Positions 11,980 to 24,638 of a stretch of DNA of 60,000 bases are shown here, piece after piece. The position numbers and the translations under genes were made by a program. The stretch is from the NCBI GenBank assembly GCA_051294905.1, contig CM119371.1:1366001-1426000 (forward strand), in the 5' to 3' direction. The notes under the pieces are model-generated. The model was not told the origin of the DNA. It ran no database searches and saw only the letters and a program-made list of their open reading frames with translations. Each line of letters begins with the position of its first letter. The stretch's first letter is position 1. Source of the stretch: Botryllus schlosseri. Its lineage: Eukaryota.

Positions 11980-14329
11980 CAGTGGTTCCCAAACGGTGGG
12001 GAATTCCCCACTGGTGGGGAATTCGATGGTTTTTGGTGGGGAATAGACACATTTGTTCAAAATTATATACAGGACAGTCTCTACATATTCACGGAGACGC
12101 ATGCGCAATTACCGTTACCAGTTAACTACTCTGGAATATATGCATCGAAAGTTTTATTGCGTGTGGTTCACAAACCCTCATTTTTAACCCAGGATGGCTA
12201 ATCATGGCGTCACAAATGCATCCAGCACGACTAGTTTGACGTGAAATAACGCTTTCGCGAAATTTTGAGCGTAACTGGTATCGGCTCACAATACGTTTTA
12301 TAGGCGATTGTCTTGCGTACTGGTGTGGTTGTGTGTCTTTTGTGGAGTCAAACCAGCAGATAGCTGCTCTGTGATGATCAAAGTACTAGGTAGTGGGGAA
12401 CAGGACCGTAACTGCCGCACCCCAAACCCTCCAAATGGGGGGGGGGGGGTGAGCTCGAAAAGGCCCAAAATTATTTCGTGAATCAACATAAATTAAAGTA
12501 TTTTTTTTGAAAAGGTATGCCACTTTAAAAAAAAATTCGCACTGGGAGCGTGATTTAATATTGCTGAATATCTGATTATTGGGTACCCTTCCTCACGAAA
12601 ATAAGTAGAATTTATATAAATGGAGACTTCGGCGTCTGCCATCTCTGCGCCACGACGCACCAAGGCATATGAAGTTATAGGCCATGTAACATGCAACTCC
12701 GAGAAGTGTGCCAAAACGATTAGAAGCGAGACCTTGGCCGAGAAGGAATGGCCTTGTGGTGACCGGAAACTTCGATACAACAATATACATATACGTTTTA
12801 TTGTCCATAGGCGGCTAAATGGCTGGCGCCAAATGTTCCTGTCCTGGCGATCTGAACCCCACAGGGTAAATGCCATCCCGCAGGGAAAAATTATTTACCA
12901 TGAAAGCAATACCAATTTAAAATCGTGTGTGCCTTTTAGTTTTGGCGATTTCCGTATCTTTTGACATAGCAGATAGGAGGTCACAAAATAGCATAGGCCT
13001 AATGTAATGAAGTCAATATACCAACGGGTCCGCCCGAAGATTTTCAATTCATATTTAGGGGTCCTACCTTTTCCAACACACCTCACTCAGCTCTACCGGT
13101 AAATCTGATTACGTGAGCAGAGAGGGGATAAAAAATTGATTACAAAATATATGTAATTTCCGGTCATATTGACCGATTCAAACACGAATTATATAAATTT
13201 TTCGCTAAACAGTAGACCCAATGTTGCTGATAAGTAGTGGGGAAAAAGCAGACATGCTCAGCGGGGCTGAGGGGTTCTGGGGGGAGTAGGGGTTAAACCC
13301 GCTCAGAGGCCAAACGCCAGACGCCAAACGCCGAGCGGCGGCCGAATGTCTATACGGCGTTTGGCGTCTGGTTTTCTGAGACGCCAAGTAGCTATACGGC
13401 GTTTGGCGTCTGATATGGTGAGACGCCGAGTATGTATACGGCGTTTGGCGTCTGCTATGTTCAGACGCCGAGTAGCTATACGGCGTTCGGCGTCTGGTAT
13501 GTTGAGACGCCGAGTAGCTATACGGCGTTTGGCGTCTGGTGTCTCGATGAACTGAGCAGAGGCTAAATCCTTTCATGGCGCGACTATTGAGTTCTCGCAA
13601 CTATATGATACCGAAGATTGCATATTGTTACATTTTTTTCATAATAAGCGTTGGCAGAATCCCAAATGATTGTATGTTCAGATTCTGGTTTGATGAAAAA
13701 TAAAGACTCTCTCTCTCTCTCTCAAAAAAGACCTACTTGATCACCTCCGGTCGTTATACTACTATTCGACTCACAATTTTTTTGCTGACCTGAATTATTT
13801 TCTTGAAATTGGATTTACTCATCCTATGGCTTATTTAAGAATAGTATATCGGGACTGATAAATGAAAAATAGGCCCTAAACCTGCCTTTTATCTGTTACA
13901 ATAAACATGTTCAGAGTGGGAAAAAATATGAATCATCCGAGGCTTTCGATATGACCCCCGAGAGTTCCACAGAAGTGATCTAAAGCTCAACTGGATGGGG
14001 GAACATGAAACACCATGACTTGGACTCAACCCAGTGCTCTCGGAATTCACTCGGTGGTGAATTGAAAATGACTCGAGTCAAATTGACTTGGTTACAACCC
14101 TGTCACCACCCCATATCAGTGTTGGGATGACTCGAGTCATGACTTGACTCAAGTCACCTTTTTCGTATGACTTGACTCGACTCAAGTCACTTTGCTAAAA
14201 TGACTTGACTTGACTCGAGTGAGTCAAAATGTGCAATGACTCGCGACTCGAAGTTAGTGACTTGAACCCAACCCTTTATTTGTACACTCGCAATGAATTT
14301 CAGACCCAAGTCTGTAGATACAGTATGTA

Positions 14330-14615
14330 ATGAAACCACAATAAGAAATACGCAACGAATACCACAGTAAAAATTATCAAGAAGCAAGCAACAAAACCAC
14401 AGAAAAAGTCACCAAGAAATAAGCAGCGGAACCACAGTAGAAGTCACAGAGAAATAAGCAATGGAACCACAGCAAACATTGAGAAATCAGCAGCGGAACC
14501 ACTGGAAAAGTGACCGAGATATAAGCAATGAAACCACAGTAAAAATCCTTATGAAACAAGCAACGAAACCACAGTAAAAGTCATTAGTAAATACGCAACG
14601 AAACCACAGTAAAAT
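14330..14615. repeat. ~35-bp minisatellite, ~8 degenerate copies
   Basis: Recurring aagcaacgaaaccacagtaaaa at ~35-bp spacing (accacag at 14361, 14396, 14431, 14466). Confidence 0.75.
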
Positions 14616-14823
14616 GTCCCCAATAAATATATAAACATCAGAATTTACATCTGGGTACATAGCATGCAATAAAAATCAGGATCAGGTATCTGCTGTCCCG
14701 GGCAACAGTGCTCGTGCGTCCATCAACCACAGCCGTCACGCGCATCCTGGAAACAAGTTAGAGTCAATATACCTTACAAATGTAATCTTGTAATTGCATA
14801 GGAAAGATGTGGTACCGATAGAT

Positions 14824-15038
14824 CAGGGTTGTAATGACTGAGTCATGACTCGACTCAAGTCATTTTCTCAAAATACGGAAATGACTCGGCTCGACTCGAG
14901 TCAATCTGTGTATTGACTCGACTTGGACTCGGACTTGAGTCGGTGGTAAATTGAAAATGACTCGACTTGACTCGAGTCAAAACTATAAAAGTGAGATTGA
15001 CTTGTGACTCGTAGCCTTGTGACTTGGTTACAACCCTG
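14824..15038. mobile_element. Short GACTCGAGTC-family MITE
   Basis: TIR CAGGGTTGTAA...TTACAACCCTG; TSD cgatagat/cgatggat. Confidence 0.85.
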
Positions 15039-15715
15039 CGATGGATCAAAAATTGCAAAATGATCTCTGGCCCTCAAATCTTCAGCCGATAATATATCTT
15101 TTGCTGGCTCAACACTTTGATCCAAGCTCTACGTATCTTGGACATTTACATGAATATCCGCTTTTTCAAAAAATATTCATGAACGTTAAAAATTCGTTGC
15201 TCGAACGCATCATTGGTCCCCACTCGGTAAGTCCAAAGGCACACAAGTGATACAACCATGGGACCTGGGACCACCTTCAGGCATAAAATAGATTATTTTA
15301 TTATATCAACTCAAATGTTGGGAGTAAAATCACGTTTCGATTTATGCCCAAAACAACAAAATTATTGGCACATACATATTACCCGTAAATCGACATTTTG
15401 ACTTTCAATTACCTCGTTATAGCGATAAAGCACCACAGGAAACTATGATTTGCAGCCTATATGTGTGTAGGCGTGTTTCTGTTGTTAAGTGATTAGTTTA
15501 TTCAAACATTTTGCCTGATTTGGTTATGGTACCATAGGCCCCCCACCCTATAAATATTGTAATTGAATTGAAAATAGTCTACTCGAGGATGGCATTGGAT
15601 TAAAAAAGATGTGGCATTATATATACACTGATACAAGCCCTACACTTCACATTAAAAATAATGGCTGGTTTGTTAGTGTGAAATATTCTGCCAGCATGCA
15701 TTTGTAGACAAATTC

Positions 15716-16671
15716 GTGTAGGGAGAGGAGGCCAAGATGAGACACTTTTCTGATAAATCAAGGCCACTCAAAGAGTAATGCCTTCTGAGGATTAATTTTG
15801 GTACCAATGGAAAGCCTGTGATCTCTACTTTCTATGACGATGACTTGAGTTATATTGAACAACATACTGATGGATTTGTTGGCCCTCAAAAATCCTTGCT
15901 CAAATGTCTCAACTTACCCCCAGGTGAGGGTAAGATGAGACAGACTGTGTTTAAGATGAGACACCAAGCAATTTATGCTCATTACACCACCAATTCATCC
16001 CGAATGATGAATCAACCAGTAACATTGTGAATAAAATATAATAATCATGAAATAATTCATTTTTAAAAAGAGTTAGTACATCATATACAAATATAAATGA
16101 CATCGAAAACCAATTAACCATGAGATAAGAGTTTCGTTATCATTTTGTCTTGTAATGTCACATCTGGTAAATTACTAGATAAATAATACATTTTGTGTGC
16201 CTTCAACAGTAAATTTTTAATCTTCCGAGGCCTTCAATAGAAAAGCCCTCTGATACCCATGTCTCATCTTACCCCCATGATTTTGTCTCATCTTACCCCC
16301 ACACCTAAATTTACATATAAATTTGAATAAAAAAATTTCTGTCCGTTACTTTTCAGATGTAAGCGCATGATTACACTGCTAATATTGCACTCAACCAGCT
16401 TCAGTATTCTTGTTTTATAATATTAAGTACTATGATAGGTATGCCCTTACAAACATGAAATCACATAACTGACATAGGCTATGAAAATATAGTTTTTGGC
16501 ATTTTTCTGCCCAACCTCAAATCTGTTTGCCTTGTTAATATGGTAGGACTATGGAATGGCATTATGGGAACAACATAGTTGAAGGAATCTGTCCATCAGC
16601 AAATTTTTCTATGAAAAAATTGCATGTCTCATCTTGCCCCGTGTCTCATCTTGGCCTCCTCTCCCCTACTG
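15716..16671. mobile_element. MITE with ~28-bp TIR (pogo/Tc1-like)
   Basis: gtagggagaggaggccaagatgagacac ... gtgtctcatcttggcctcctctcccctactg followed by ta; internal repeats of the gtctcatcttacccc motif. Confidence 0.7.
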
Positions 16672-18004
16672 TAATCATAGGATTATCTCAGATAATTTTT
16701 CAAGTATTTTCGGTCCCACATCTCCCCTACCCATTTCATGTTTTTTATTGGGTTTGGACCACTGCATTCAATGTAATAATCTCCCAATTCTTATTCATTT
16801 GCATGCAAAACAGACTACGTATTTAAAATGGTCTTAATCCAACATTGATTAACATACCCGTCGCATCAAGCAAGATTTGACCAAACTGCTGGCGGTAGCT
16901 TTCGCAAGCTCGTCTAGAATGATCAAAATCCAGGTTTGCATCGGGTAGAGTTCAGCGGCCTATTATGTGAAAGTAGATTGCAAATAATTTTTTTTCATAT
17001 CTCAATACGTGAACGCATGACAAACCTTCAAAGCAAGTACTTCACAATTTCATCCATCTTTTTGAACATCAATCCTGGTCTTTAACCTTGAACTTCTCAC
17101 AACCGAAGACCATTTGGAGGAAACTTGTGTAGAATTTTGCGGAGTAATATGGAAACGAAATTTTAGGTGTGTCTTGAATACGATCTCAGTGACGCGAACT
17201 GTTGATTTACCACAGCATACGTGAAGTGGAGATACAAAGGATTTTGCAGCTGTTTCAGTCTAGTCTAGAATCAATCACAAACTAACTATAGGCCTACTAG
17301 AAAACAATAAAATATCTTGTTACTACACGTCACATACTGTAATCTTCTTGCGGATGTTGAGTTCCCAGCAACAAATCATGCAGTACGGTATCTGTAGTAA
17401 CGTGACTGACGATCTGTCTAATACGAAACGCGTATGTTCTCAAGCAGCCAGATCTTCACTGTCGACCCAGCACCGAAGCACACGCGATGTCGTCACAGCG
17501 TGTACGGTACAGTAAGTGTACAGGTACACACGAAACAACCATCAAATCACTTGCCCACTGGCCAATGATATGACATACTTTGCTTAGATTTAGCTGCAGA
17601 AAACTCCTGTTCAAGCCTCAACCTTCAAATCAAACCCTATTCTCAACATACAAGATGCCGAACGCCGTATAGCTACTCGGCGTCTGAACAGACACCAAAC
17701 GCCGTATAGCTACTCGGCGTCTGAACATAACAGACGCCAAACGCCGTATAGCTATTCGGCGTCTCAGAAAACCAGACGCCAAACGCCGTATAGACATTCG
17801 GCCGCCGCGCGGCGTTTGGCGTCTGGCGTTTGGCCTCTGAGCGGGTTTAACCCCTGTTGTCTGGGGGGTTTATCACCACGTGGGGGGCCAAGATTAACGT
17901 GCTTTTGGCGGGGCTGCCGAAGTGCTGTTACGGTCCTGGTGGGGAATGAAGGCTCGGAATGAATCTGAAGTGGGGAATGAAGACAAAAAGGTTGGGAACC
18001 ACTG

Positions 18005-18428
18005 CTCTATTCCTATCGATATACCAAGACTGTACTACTGTATGTGAGCATAGTAGAAACGCGAAACGGTATGCCAATAAAGCACTGGTCTACAATCAAT
18101 CAACGCTTTATCCAGTAATATAAGTGATCAGCCTGTACTCTGGAACATATTGCCTATATCTCCAACGTCCGATCGAATTAAAACTGATATCAGAACACTC
18201 AATCAGCTGATTTCATTACATGTTTTGACTCCAAGCCATTCATGCACGTGAGACATTAGCTCCACCACGCGGAAGAACGAAAGGCGTTAAATCGATCATG
18301 CAGTTCGATATTACATTTCCTTCATAACCTATTTGGTTTGTCATCTCTCCTAATTTTATTCTCCTGTACATATCGTTATCATCGGATAAGTCGATAAAGC
18401 GCACACTCGAATAGGGTAAGCATTTAAA
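18005..18428 (+). repeat. Direct duplication, copy 2, 5' part (continues at 45410-45479)
   Basis: Near-identical to 11459-11913. Confidence 0.9.
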
Positions 18429-19113
18429 AGACCACTGTGATGCTAATAGCACATTGGCAGAAATATAATGACCGGGTGAATCATTGTGAATGTACCTGTA
18501 AATCACGTTATTTTTCCGTATGTAAAATTTAGAATTAACTGGGATATGGGTTGCCAGATCAAAAAATTCTTCAAAATAAAACGGTTGCCTGTTATCATAG
18601 TGTTCTAAGGTGGTGTAGACACTACCGATCGTTCCGCTTCGTCAATTTGGAAAGGCAGTCGCCAAGATGCTATCTCTGCCGCTTGAGCACAGGGAAAAGT
18701 TGCGTTCTAATCAGATCTAGGAGGTTAATTGGTTAGCGCGGTATGTTTTCTGTACGCAATTCATAATGCTGAGATATCACTTCGTAGATTAAGATGTTAA
18801 ATTTTGCTGCCGGTAGGGTTTTTCAGGCAGTGCCAGCGGCATGTTATCGTGTTACATTGCAACTGGAGTAGCCTGTCATAGCTTCCTTGGGAATGTTATC
18901 GTTATCAACTATATGTTTTTGTGTCTGCTGTATGGAATCGACGTGAATATAGTGGGCACACAATTCCCTGTTAGCGCATTACTTTACCTTGGAAGATTAT
19001 TGCTGGCCGGTCGTTATATTAGGCATACCGTACATGAAATTACTTGATGGCTGATGACACAATTTTCTTGAGAAATTTAGTGTTGTAGTGTTCTTAACTG
19101 GTTGCAGAAAATA

Positions 19114-22100
19114 ATGTCAGGCTCCAATTGCTGCGTTCCTGGTTGTCACTGGCATTCACAAAAGGCTCGGAAATCCGGAACACAACGATCGTTTTTTCAA
19201 ATTCGAAGACCAGATTTGGCGAAAACCGAAGAAGAAAGGAAACATAGGGAGGCTCTGCGTAAAATTGTATTACAAATTAGGGATCCAACACAGGGAGACA
19301 CAATAAAGAAGCAACTTCACAAGGAATCGTGAGTCATTGCATATGCCGCATGTGAACTATAGCCTATATACGCCTACCGTATATCTCTTTGTTAGATTTT
19401 GGATGATGATTCTGTTTGAAGTTTATCGCATTTCAGACTTACCGTGTCAATAATGATTTGTACTTTCAATAGAGCCACTATCTGTGATGTCCATTTTCGC
19501 CCTGATGACATCATGAGAAATGGAAAAAGAGTAAGTCTGAAGCTTGGTGCCGTACCCATCCTGGAAATGCCGGAAAAATTCATTTCACCCAAACCTACCC
19601 CGCGAAAATTTCCACCGACACGATTTGAAACCCCGCTAAAATTGCAACATAAATGCCGTACTGATATTTGGAAGTCGATTGAAAAGCTGTCATCAAATGC
19701 AAAAGGTAGCCTATATGCTTACCAAACGCAGTTTTGCTCGTTAATCCTTAGATGAGTTAAAATCGGCACTTTTCACAGGAAATTGGGTTTTCTATGACAA
19801 AAGACAGATGTTTGTAGCAGAACTGCAATGTAGCGATGAAGTCTCTCCCAAGATTAAGTATTAATATTTCCATCCCTTGAGTTTGATATGGAGTGTTAAA
19901 AGTATGAGTGTGTTCAGGTTGCAGTTTGATGACAATATGCATCTCTGTCTGATGTCCGTTTATGGTTGGAATGTCCCGCTTGAGGCATTTCCATCTGGCG
20001 TCAACTTGCAACATCAGACTTTGAATGCGTATTTACGTGAGTAACAGCCTGTTTACGCCTTCGCAGTTATGCCTAGGTCAATGTTTGCAGAATAGCTTGT
20101 TGGGCGAAGGGCTTTTTAGAATAGTAAATTCACTCACATATGGATAGTGATATGAAACTGATATTCATAGGTGTGTATATAGCTTCAGTAGGTAACTGCA
20201 AGATAATAATTAGGTAGCGTTATAATGATTGTAAACATAGAATAATATCGGAGGGCACTAATAGGTTGTGGTTTTGTGAGGAGCTTGAGGTAGAGCATCT
20301 CATAGTAGAGCATCTTGTGAGATGAGAGTAATGGAGGAAATTTGCTTAGTGAAAAAATTGATAGCCCTAGGTAAACTGTCTTCTAAATAAAGTGGCGACT
20401 TTTCAGGAGATGTGGAAGCTATCACAATATGTGAGGGTACTGGAATGCCATACAAAGTACAGAACTCTGTTGTTCATCCGGTGATTATGTTGAATAACGG
20501 GCAGCTTACAGTCCATGAAATGATACGATCACCAGAGTGCCAGATTATTGGTAATAGTATGTTCAATTTAAACCGTTTTGTGAGGATATCTTGACAATAT
20601 GATCCTATGAATTTATTAGCTGGCTGTGTTGAAGACAACAAGTGTTGCATGAAATGTGAAGTCTTTGAGGGAAGATCAGATTCCACATTACTTGTTGAGG
20701 ATTCCGTTGACGTTCAGGTGAACCTCACAGTTTGAGTTGTGTTATGATTGTTTGATTGCTGGTTTTTAAGTAATTGTTCCGAAGTAGCAAGAGCATGTAC
20801 ACTGTACAGTATACAGCGTTAAAGCCATCAGTATTTTTCATTATGACTGCTCAACATTTAACCTGGCTTGAGATTTTTCAGGGAATGCAGGAACCTGGTA
20901 TTGTACAACCTAATGAATGGCAAGAATTATTTTTACGAAATCAAATTGAAAATTCATCGGTTTGCTCTACCAGAAGAAGGTACCATCCGGATGTGATTAG
21001 ATGGGCTATTGAGTTTTATTGTCGCTCACCTGCAGCATATCACCATGTTGTAAACAGTAAAGCCCTCGTTTTACCTTCTGGCAAAACAATACAACGTTAC
21101 AGGTTTGAATATTTCACGGTCTCGTTGAATTGCCATCTGGTTTACTTATACACTTTAATAGGAATTGCATCAAGCCTCAACCAGGAATCAATGAAATGGT
21201 GGTCAGTGAGATCACAAACGTCATGAAGCAGCATGAATTCCTTCCGGCTTTTTTGACTTTGGATGAAATGAAAAGTATATACTGAAATCTTGGTGTTTTA
21301 TAATCAGAACATATTGTTGTTATTTTGCAGTCCGAGAAAATTTGGTTGTATCAGACGGAAAGTTGATTGGGTTCATCGATCCAAATTTTGTGAATGACTG
21401 TCAACTGGCTACTCACATACTTGGTAGTAACAAACTATGATATAAAATTGATCGTTGATTAAAGTATATTATATTTACAGTGTTTTACTTACGAACGGTT
21501 AAAGGAGAGATTTCCTTGCCACTTGCATGGTACCCAACAAGCATTACACCACAAGCGGATCTATGTTTAATATTCTGGGAAATACTTGCTCATTGTGAGC
21601 GTTTGAATTTGAGGATTCATGCTGTAATTGCAGACGGCATGTCAACCAACCGCAAATTTTTTAAACTTATTGCTGGAGTTGACTCAATTCCGATACGGTG
21701 TGCATTCACAGCTCCAAATCCATATGGTCGGAACAGACCAATTTTACTTTGTTCTGACCCCTCACACCTTCTCAAGGTGAGTATAGAAATTGCATTTAGT
21801 GGTACATGAAGGTGTTGAGTGATTGATGTATATTTTGCAGACTGCACGGAATGCTTTATATTCCTCGAAACCGGGAGGAAAAAGGTTCATGAATAGAGCT
21901 GGGAAGCATATTTTATGGACTCACATTGCGAAACTGTATCATAACGAGAAATACAGCCTGATGCTCCGACGATCTCGACTCACAGAAAATCACATAAAGC
22001 TGAATCCTTACTCCAAAGTATGTATCATTTGTGTGTTAGCGTGACCAATATAGTTCAGGCCCATTAGTTGCGGAATGAAATTATTAAAAGATGAAGGTGA

Positions 22101-22849
22101 ATCTAGCAAGGGATGTCCTCAGCTGGGAAGTGGGAAAAAATCTTGAAACCATGGAGGGAGCCAAGGGAACCTCGGAATTCGTCCTCATGATGAACAGGTT
22201 TGAATTCTTTCGTTATTTTTGTCATGAAGATGGGTAAATAATTCTACCTTCTATTATTGAAGCTGGTTCGAAATTGTCAACTGTGGGACGAGGAATCCTA
22301 TCCGCACTATCACTGACAACAGAATTACGAAATTGAAGGAGTTCGTTGAAGAGCTACTGCGTTGGAAAGTGTGTATTGGTTGCAATAATTCAGCCTTATA
22401 TCTTCCAAGACATTGATTATATTATAGGAAGAAGTGGACGGATTTGGGGAACAGATGCGTATACTACCTCAGCCGACTTTGGAGGGGCTAATATTCACCT
22501 CAAGAAACTTCGTGTTTTTATGTGAGAGACTCCTTCAAGAAATGGATTATGTGCGGCTGCGAACTTTTTCACAGGATATATTGGAAGCATTTTTCGGAAA
22601 CCTCGTTAGTATCCTTGGGGTTTAGGATCACATAATTTCATTTGTTCAGATGACTAAATTTAACAGAGAACTTTGGGAAGGTTTTCCCAGAATCCGGACA
22701 TCCAAGAAGTCGGATATGGAATCCAGCACATCATTCAACGAAAAATAATCAAGAAAGTCAAAGGAGGGAATACAACGTACGGTTCTCGTAATGCTTGGAC
22801 TGCAATATGTCATGAGCCTTTACCAAAGCGCCAAAAATCTGATGGTTAG
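19114..22849 (+). CDS. THAP-domain P-element transposase, 15 exons, ~790 aa
   Basis: Manual GT-AG splicing gives an open frame: THAP (CCVPGC...ICDVHF...LKLGAVP), YHPDVIRWAIEFY..SPAAY...LPSGKTIQRY, catalytic LTLDEMK and IADGMSTN, SDPSHLLKTARN, MKVNLA, FSQDILEAFFGNLR, ending ...EPLPKRQKSDG* (TAG 22847-22849). Confidence 0.92.
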
Positions 22850-23500
22850 CCGTAGACCGAAAGTGGTTTCGGAATGGTCGCTTATATCTCGAATCATTTT
22901 CAGAAATTCCTGAATCTTCCAACAGCACCAACTGATCTCTCCACGTAAATCCACACATCTACATCCTCCAGCATTGTGTTCTTCAGAAGGATCAAACTGG
23001 CCATATCTAATTCAACAATGTCGACATCAATATGGGCAACTATCTCTACCCATCACAAACTATTTCATTATTCGACTTGAGTAGCTTCAATTTTGGCAAC
23101 TATGTCGATGCGAGAGAATAATGGAATATTTCCTGGTATGGTCGAGATAGTTTCGGACATTGATACTGCTTGATGGTAACAAAATGTTCCATTGGCAACA
23201 TTGGCAGAATAGATACACCCGGTCAAACCCTACTACTTGTATGATTAAATTGATTGATTTATCTGTTTTCAATTTCATGAATTAGGCTACTCCGTCGAGC
23301 ACAATAAAGTTCTACTTGTGATAGTACTGGTAGTAAGACGTTTGATTCTTTGTGTCTATGGAAATAGGTGAGGTGACTACATTGACCGCTATATGTAGCA
23401 TACGATTAGACCTATTTGAAGCAGGTAATACTTGGTCATATTATTGCATATATCCTGGTAGAAGGTTAATATACCAATGAACCTAACTGATAGGCGGCTA

Positions 23501-23617
23501 GCATACTCTATCTATCAAGACATTGTAAGTAGCTCCAGCTGGAAGCCTATTTTCTCCAAGGCATACTCTATCTATCAAGACATTGCAAGTAGCTCCAGCT
23601 GGAAGCCTATTTTCTCC
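23501..23617. repeat. 57-bp direct repeat x2 in the P-element intergenic region
   Basis: gcatactctatctatcaagacattg[t/c]aagtagctccagctggaagcctattttctcc at 23501 and 23561. Confidence 0.85.
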
Positions 23618-23738
23618 CTTGGATGATGTCTTATGACTGCTGCACTATTGTTTCGTTTGTACACAAAATCAAGTCCCATATATTCAACATGATGACTGTA
23701 ATTGGAAAAAAAGCTGCAATACAAATGATGACAAAAAT

Positions 23739-24638
23739 CTACTGCTGCACCTGTCGTTTGAGGTCACCTCTCAAGCCTCGTGAAAGGAGGCATTTGCTGC
23801 GCATCCGTTGAAATAATTTCTTTGCAAATCCCTTTGTGAGAAGAGCAATGACTGTTGTAAAAATTTGTAACACAATCTGTTCAGTCAAATCATGGTCAAG
23901 TTGAGACATCTCTTCTAGCCTTTCAACATACGATACATAATACAAATTGCTTCGAAGCTCTTTAGTGAAGATGGTTATATCTATTTCGTCAGGTCTCCTT
24001 CTGAAATGCTCACCCAGCATCAAGTACAATTTGTTCAAGAACTGTGCAAGCTCTTCAGAAGGGCAATACAGAGATCCTACTTTTTTTTCCATAAATGTGA
24101 TGAAACTTCCCGGTTTTGGTTGACTCGTCAAATTATCCAAGAGCGAGTTCTTTCCGAATTTTGCTACTGCCTTTTTCAGAGCAAATCCCCCTAGGTATTG
24201 GAGTGTGTCTGTCTCGTATGAAGTTATTTCCGTTGCTGTGGTCGATTCTGATGCGCATTTATTTTTCGAAATTATTTTGATAATTTGAAGGAGACAATAC
24301 GCAGGATCTCTGATTTCATAAGCACCTTTAAAAAATGAAGAAGCTCTAAGGCAATGCTTGCTTTGCTGAGCGACAAGCTTGTCTTTATTTCTTGTCACAG
24401 CATAATCCTGTATCCACATTCTGATATTTTGTAGTCCAAATGAAGTCAATTCAAGTTGCCCATCTCCGCCCTGACTTTCACGTAATAATTGTGTCACTTC
24501 TTCGTCAGTTATTTCTGGCACGGATCTTTTTTTCGAAGACGGATGGATGGGCAAAATATCTTCATCATCAAGCATCAGTAATTCTTGAATCAGTTCCGGA
24601 GAAAGCCACTCAACGCTATATTCTGGAATATTAGCCAT
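23739..24638 (-). CDS. P-element ORF2, 299 aa, intronless; resembles the P-transposase C-terminal domain
   Basis: Open 900-bp ORF starting ~16 bp inside the right TIR. DTLQYLGGFALKK...SFITFMEKKVGSLYCPSEELAQFL resembles the P/THAP9 C-terminal YIAGY..KK...GGL..PS motif; acidic N-terminus. Confidence 0.8.
   Translation of the reverse strand: MANIPEYSVEWLSPELIQELLMLDDEDILPIHPSSKKRSVPEITDEEVTQLLRESQGGDGQLELTSFGLQNIRMWIQDYAVTRNKDKLVAQQSKHCLRASSFFKGAYEIRDPAYCLLQIIKIISKNKCASESTTATEITSYETDTLQYLGGFALKKAVAKFGKNSLLDNLTSQPKPGSFITFMEKKVGSLYCPSEELAQFLNKLYLMLGEHFRRRPDEIDITIFTKELRSNLYYVSYVERLEEMSQLDHDLTEQIVLQIFTTVIALLTKGFAKKLFQRMRSKCLLSRGLRGDLKRQVQQ

Larger units (their letters stand above)
13288..17855. mobile_element. 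Foldback element with ~200-260-bp TIRs built from 42-bp tandem units
   Basis: aggggttaaacccgctcagaggccaaacgccagacg... (13288-13545) is inverted at ~17655-17855; unit gagacgccgagtagctatacggcgtttggcgtct; TSD not clearly resolvable. Confidence 0.75.
12401..17938. mobile_element. hAT-type MITE nested in 11980-18004
   Basis: TIR CAGGACCGTAAC...GTTACGGTCCTG; perfect 8-bp TSD gtggggaa (12393-12400 / 17939-17946). Confidence 0.85.
11980..18004. mobile_element. Buster/Charlie-type hAT non-autonomous element with nested insertions
   Basis: Termini CAGTGGTTCCCAAAC...GGTTGGGAACCACTG; shared gtggggaat subterminal motifs at both ends; no 8-bp TSD, flanked instead by the 520-bp duplication. Confidence 0.8.

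Noticed and set aside
13205..13600. 131-aa ORF with RRQTPYSYSAS repeats
   Set aside because: Translation of the 42-bp units in a foldback TIR.
19444..22625. Separate short plus-strand ORFs in the track (19444, 20412, 20774, 21480, 21823, 22434)
   Set aside because: They are exons of a single spliced P transposase, not independent genes.
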